A stretch of DNA of 64,000 bases from positions 19,526,192 through 19,590,191 of the forward strand of contig JASCQW010000133.1 of the NCBI GenBank assembly GCA_030264375.1, written 5' to 3'. This DNA is from Carcharhinus longimanus (lineage: Eukaryota). Position numbers and translations under genes: made by a program. Below are positions 60,857-64,000 of the stretch, piece after piece (the first letter of the stretch is position 1; every line of letters begins with the position of its first letter). The notes beneath the pieces are model-generated. The model made no database searches, was not told where the DNA came from, and saw only the letters and a list, made by a program, of their open reading frames with translations.

Positions 60857-63074
60857 TAAAAACAGGTTCTTATATTGAAGCTGTGTGCTACAATATACAA
60901 TGTCGCTGCTGCTGGAAATCTGAAATGAAAAAAAAAGTCCTGCGACATGAAAATAAAACTGCATTGTTGTTGATTAATACCCAGAAGTCTTTTCCGACAT
61001 TCCTCATTGAGATTGATCTTAAATTTTTTAAATAGGTACTCTTTTTAATAGGTATTGACAATTACTTTCTGGTAAATGCACATCGTCACTGACATGGAAA
61101 CAGTATGATTGCTAGGTATGGAGGCATCATACAACAACTACATGATGTATTGAAGAAAATAAATGTCCCCAGTATACGTTTTTAAATTGTATCTATTTTG
61201 TCGGGATGATTCCTTGGTAGTAGAATCTTCAGAATTGGGTCTTATTTATAAGCTTTTATTCTTATCCATTCCAATTGTTTAGTATTTGCTCTTGGGAATT
61301 CACCACTCTCTCTATTTAATTGCCTTTTAACTGAGTCATGTTTTTCTGTGTGAACTTTCTAATTCCTGAAACAACTGCAAGTACTGTGTCCTTCTGGCAT
61401 ACCTAACAATGTTGAATCTCTTAATCCCATGTCTATATACCAAGTTAAAAATGGACGTTAGGCAGGAATGGGATTCTGCTCCATTTTGATAGTCAGTGAT
61501 TGGCTTCCCAGTGCTTTCTGTCTGCCACATGCATTAAAGCCGTTCACTTGGAAACTCCAGCAAAAAATCAAAGCCTTTATGAGAGAAGAAAAGGAAGGTT
61601 GAAAATAACATTTTAGAAAAGGAAGAAGGAAAAAGAAAAATTACGAATTTAAATTTTAAAAACATGCATGCATTTAAAGAACAAGCCGCCTTTGTTTGTT
61701 AAAAATACTGCAAAGACAGATATCAGCCAGTGTCCCCAAGTGATCGTGGGAATTAGGATGCATGTTGGAAATCCTACTGCCTTCAAGTCAGCTTGGCTCC
61801 CAACAAGAGACAACACCTTCAGGAGAGAAGTGGGACAAATTTGGAGATGTTTGGGATCTTTTCGTTGTGGCATACTACCACATTTAATTTTTGTAACAGT
61901 GGTCTTTGTAATGTGTACTTTTATGGACAAAAGGCATTCTCATGTCATGTCATTGCGAAAGATTCCATGAAAAGCTGATTAATTGGCTAATGATGCTCAA
62001 ATATTCAGCAGTTTTGGAAATTTTTTAGACATTCCTAGGAAGCACATACAACAAAAGCCATGTTCACTGGCTGTTTGAGTGAAAAATACGGTTTTATGAC
62101 AATTTTTTAAAAATCCATTGGCATAACATTTTTAAACTTTTGTATTTTCAAAATAGTGTATACATCCAGGAATAATTTTGGAAACTATTAGCGTAAAACG
62201 CTTATGATGATCGTTACTTAATGTCCACAGGTAATATATTTTTTCTGATTGAGAATATTTTTCACTCATGGGAAGTCTTGGGTAACAATCACTGAAGCAT
62301 TGCTTCAAATTCTTTATTTGATGGGTCGATACTGAGAAGGTAGCATTGATATGTTGTCCTTGTAATCTAATACTTTTGAGTATTATTTACATCCTTTCTC
62401 ACAATGTACAACACCAGTCCTGCCTGGAAGTTATTCCTGCTGTAGTTATTTAATGTGATAGAAAATGAATGTTGTTTTACCTCTTACGCATTGAGGCTAT
62501 TTTAATACCTGATTTGCTATCACTGCTTCTCAAAGAGCCAGAAGACTTGTCAAGTAAATGTATTATGTCCTGTGGTGTGGAGCTATGCAGACTTTAAACC
62601 CTGATCAATGTAGATTTAGGTTATCTCATCCAAGGCTATCAGGATGTTCCTATTGTCTGTGTTCTATTCTAAAGACAAAAAAACCCTTGGGTCTCTTGCT
62701 CACTGTTGTGCAATCATCCCGGTTGGAAAGTTCATATATGTTTTGATATCTGATGAAGGTAGGATCAAGCATGGCTGTGATAATCTGTACATCTCATTAG
62801 CCTGTCATCACACCCTCTCCATCCTACACATGTAGAATGGCCACAGGTGGAATTGTACCTTTGGATAGGTCATTGTCTTCAGAAACAAGTAATAATAAAG
62901 TGTCATGTTGAATTCTGTATGAAATGAGTTTGCTCCCAATTCTACTTATTAAGACATGACAATAAAGATCAACTGTTGGAACAGTGTACCACTTAAGTTA
63001 AAACTGATTTAAATGTCACAAGGTTGAACATCTAAATAACAAACTATACAAATTACAATTTAAGGCACTTTACA

Positions 63075-63160
63075 AACGAATGGTCTAGTTGGATCAATGA
63101 GCGGCGCAGACTTGGAGAGCCGAAGGGCCTGTTTCCTGTGCTGTATTGTTCTTTGTTCCT
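63075..63160 (+). mobile_element. CR1-type 3' tail
   Basis: gagccgaagggcctgtttcctgtgctgtattgttctttgttcct. Confidence 0.7.
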
Positions 63161-63863
63161 TATAGTGCAGTCATTTATTGGAGTGAGATTGTTGTCATAG
63201 TTGGAAGATGACACTTTGTTTATTTGGAATTTGACTCTCCATAAATAGACCATGCACGTGAAAATAAACCAATGAGGTGACTGAAATCTGAATTCAGATT
63301 TTAACAATGTGAGCAGAAGACTTAGAATTATATTCAATTGGCTTGAAGTGAAATGTATCAACCTGCCATTATCAACACTAAGTAATAAAATTATATCTGA
63401 CAAGCTTTAACAAATTTAGCTTTTTAAAAAAACTCAAGATACACAGACTTGTGTGCCATTATGGGATATGTAATTTCACACAGGACAAAAGGTACATTGG
63501 GCTTAATGCACCAAATGGCCTTTTCTGTGCTCATGTAACATTCTTTCAATCAATGAATTCCTGCTATACTAAGATACCCAATCGTTAATTAATCCTCAGT
63601 TGTGGAGAATGTTACTGATTTATGTTCAGTAAAAAAATGTTGCTATTTGTGAGGAAATTTTGGGTGTTTTCATCATTGACAGTCTAAGTCCTATTAATTC
63701 TCTTATAAAATGCACTGATTGAAAATTGTGTAACTCTAAATCTATTAGCAATTTAGAAAATGATCTCCCACTTATTTGTCACAATGTATTTTTATGGTGC
63801 TGGATGGAAGTACTTTTTGTAGTTACAAATTATACATTATCATTGTCTTTGTTCCAAAATTAG

Positions 63864-63974
63864 ACCTCTATCCCAGACTCTGAGAGCAATATGGATCAGA
63901 ATTGCTTATCCCGCTGCAGCACAGAAATATTCTCTGAGACTAGTTGGGAGCAAGTGGAAAAGCAGGACACGGAG
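63864..63974 (+). CDS. MTMR3: MTMR3 exon TSIPDSESNMDQNCLSRCSTEIFSETSWEQVEKQDTE
   Basis: aaattag|ACC ... GAG|gtgaga, 111 nt, phase 0/0. Precedes the FYVE domain. Not in the ORF track. Confidence 0.95.
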
Positions 63975-64000
63975 GTGAGAAGTACATCTTGAACAAGAAA

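Larger units (their letters stand above)
4560..63974 (+). other. MTMR3: MTMR3 gene body (partial: promoter/first exon upstream, FYVE exons downstream of window)
   Basis: The spliced translation starts MDEEGQHSLECIQANQIFPRKQLIREEENLQVPFPELHGE, which matches the recalled MTMR3 N-terminus rather than MTMR4. It contains PH-GRAM, the myotubularin phosphatase motif VHCSDGWDRTPQ and the coiled coil QQRLRQIEAGHQQEVETLKKQVQEL. Confidence 0.96.

Noticed and set aside
62200-62240. Recursive splice site or micro-exon at ccacag|gtaata
   Set aside because: The intron is only 7.7 kb, the pyrimidine tract is poor and no MTMR3 peptide is missing here.
1558-63403. Numerous 60-180 aa ORFs in the six-frame track
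   Set aside because: Apart from those overlapping MTMR3 exons, they are SINE/LINE remnants, N-gap read-throughs or random intronic frames with no recognisable protein.
4637-63974. Assignment as MTMR4
   Set aside because: The N-terminus (HSLECIQANQIFPRKQLIRE) and C-terminal blocks match recalled MTMR3 rather than MTMR4 (PSLEYIQAKDLFPPKEL).
1-64000. CRISPR array, operon or other prokaryotic system
   Set aside because: There are no regularly spaced repeats or dense ORFs. The window is a spliced vertebrate gene.

Overview
Eukaryotic (vertebrate) genomic DNA, most likely from a shark or other elasmobranch. This rests on HE1-type V-SINEs, DeuSINEs and CR1/L2/Rex1/Penelope debris in an AT-rich, CpG-depleted draft assembly with about 11 N-gaps. 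The window lies inside one + strand gene, myotubularin-related protein 3 (MTMR3). I traced 16 coding exons, from an ATG-ending exon at 4560-4639 to the exon at 63864-63974. All visible junctions are GT-AG with compatible phases, and the HCSDGWDRT catalytic motif is intact. The 5' part of the long exon is hidden in gap 54685-54942. The promoter and the C-terminal FYVE exons fall outside the window. Almost all other ORFs in the track are spurious or decayed transposon frames. The most unusual intronic items are: a remodelled, near full-length U2 snRNA-derived element (about 14005-14326); a 28S rRNA 3'-end retrocopy joined to an HE1-like SINE (29975-30734); a hAT MITE with a perfect 8-bp TSD inside a DeuSINE; a decayed Penelope hammerhead; a NAGNAG acceptor before the catalytic exon; and two intronic ATG|GT donors in frame with downstream exons. 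Family names come from recalled consensus sequences, not from database searches.
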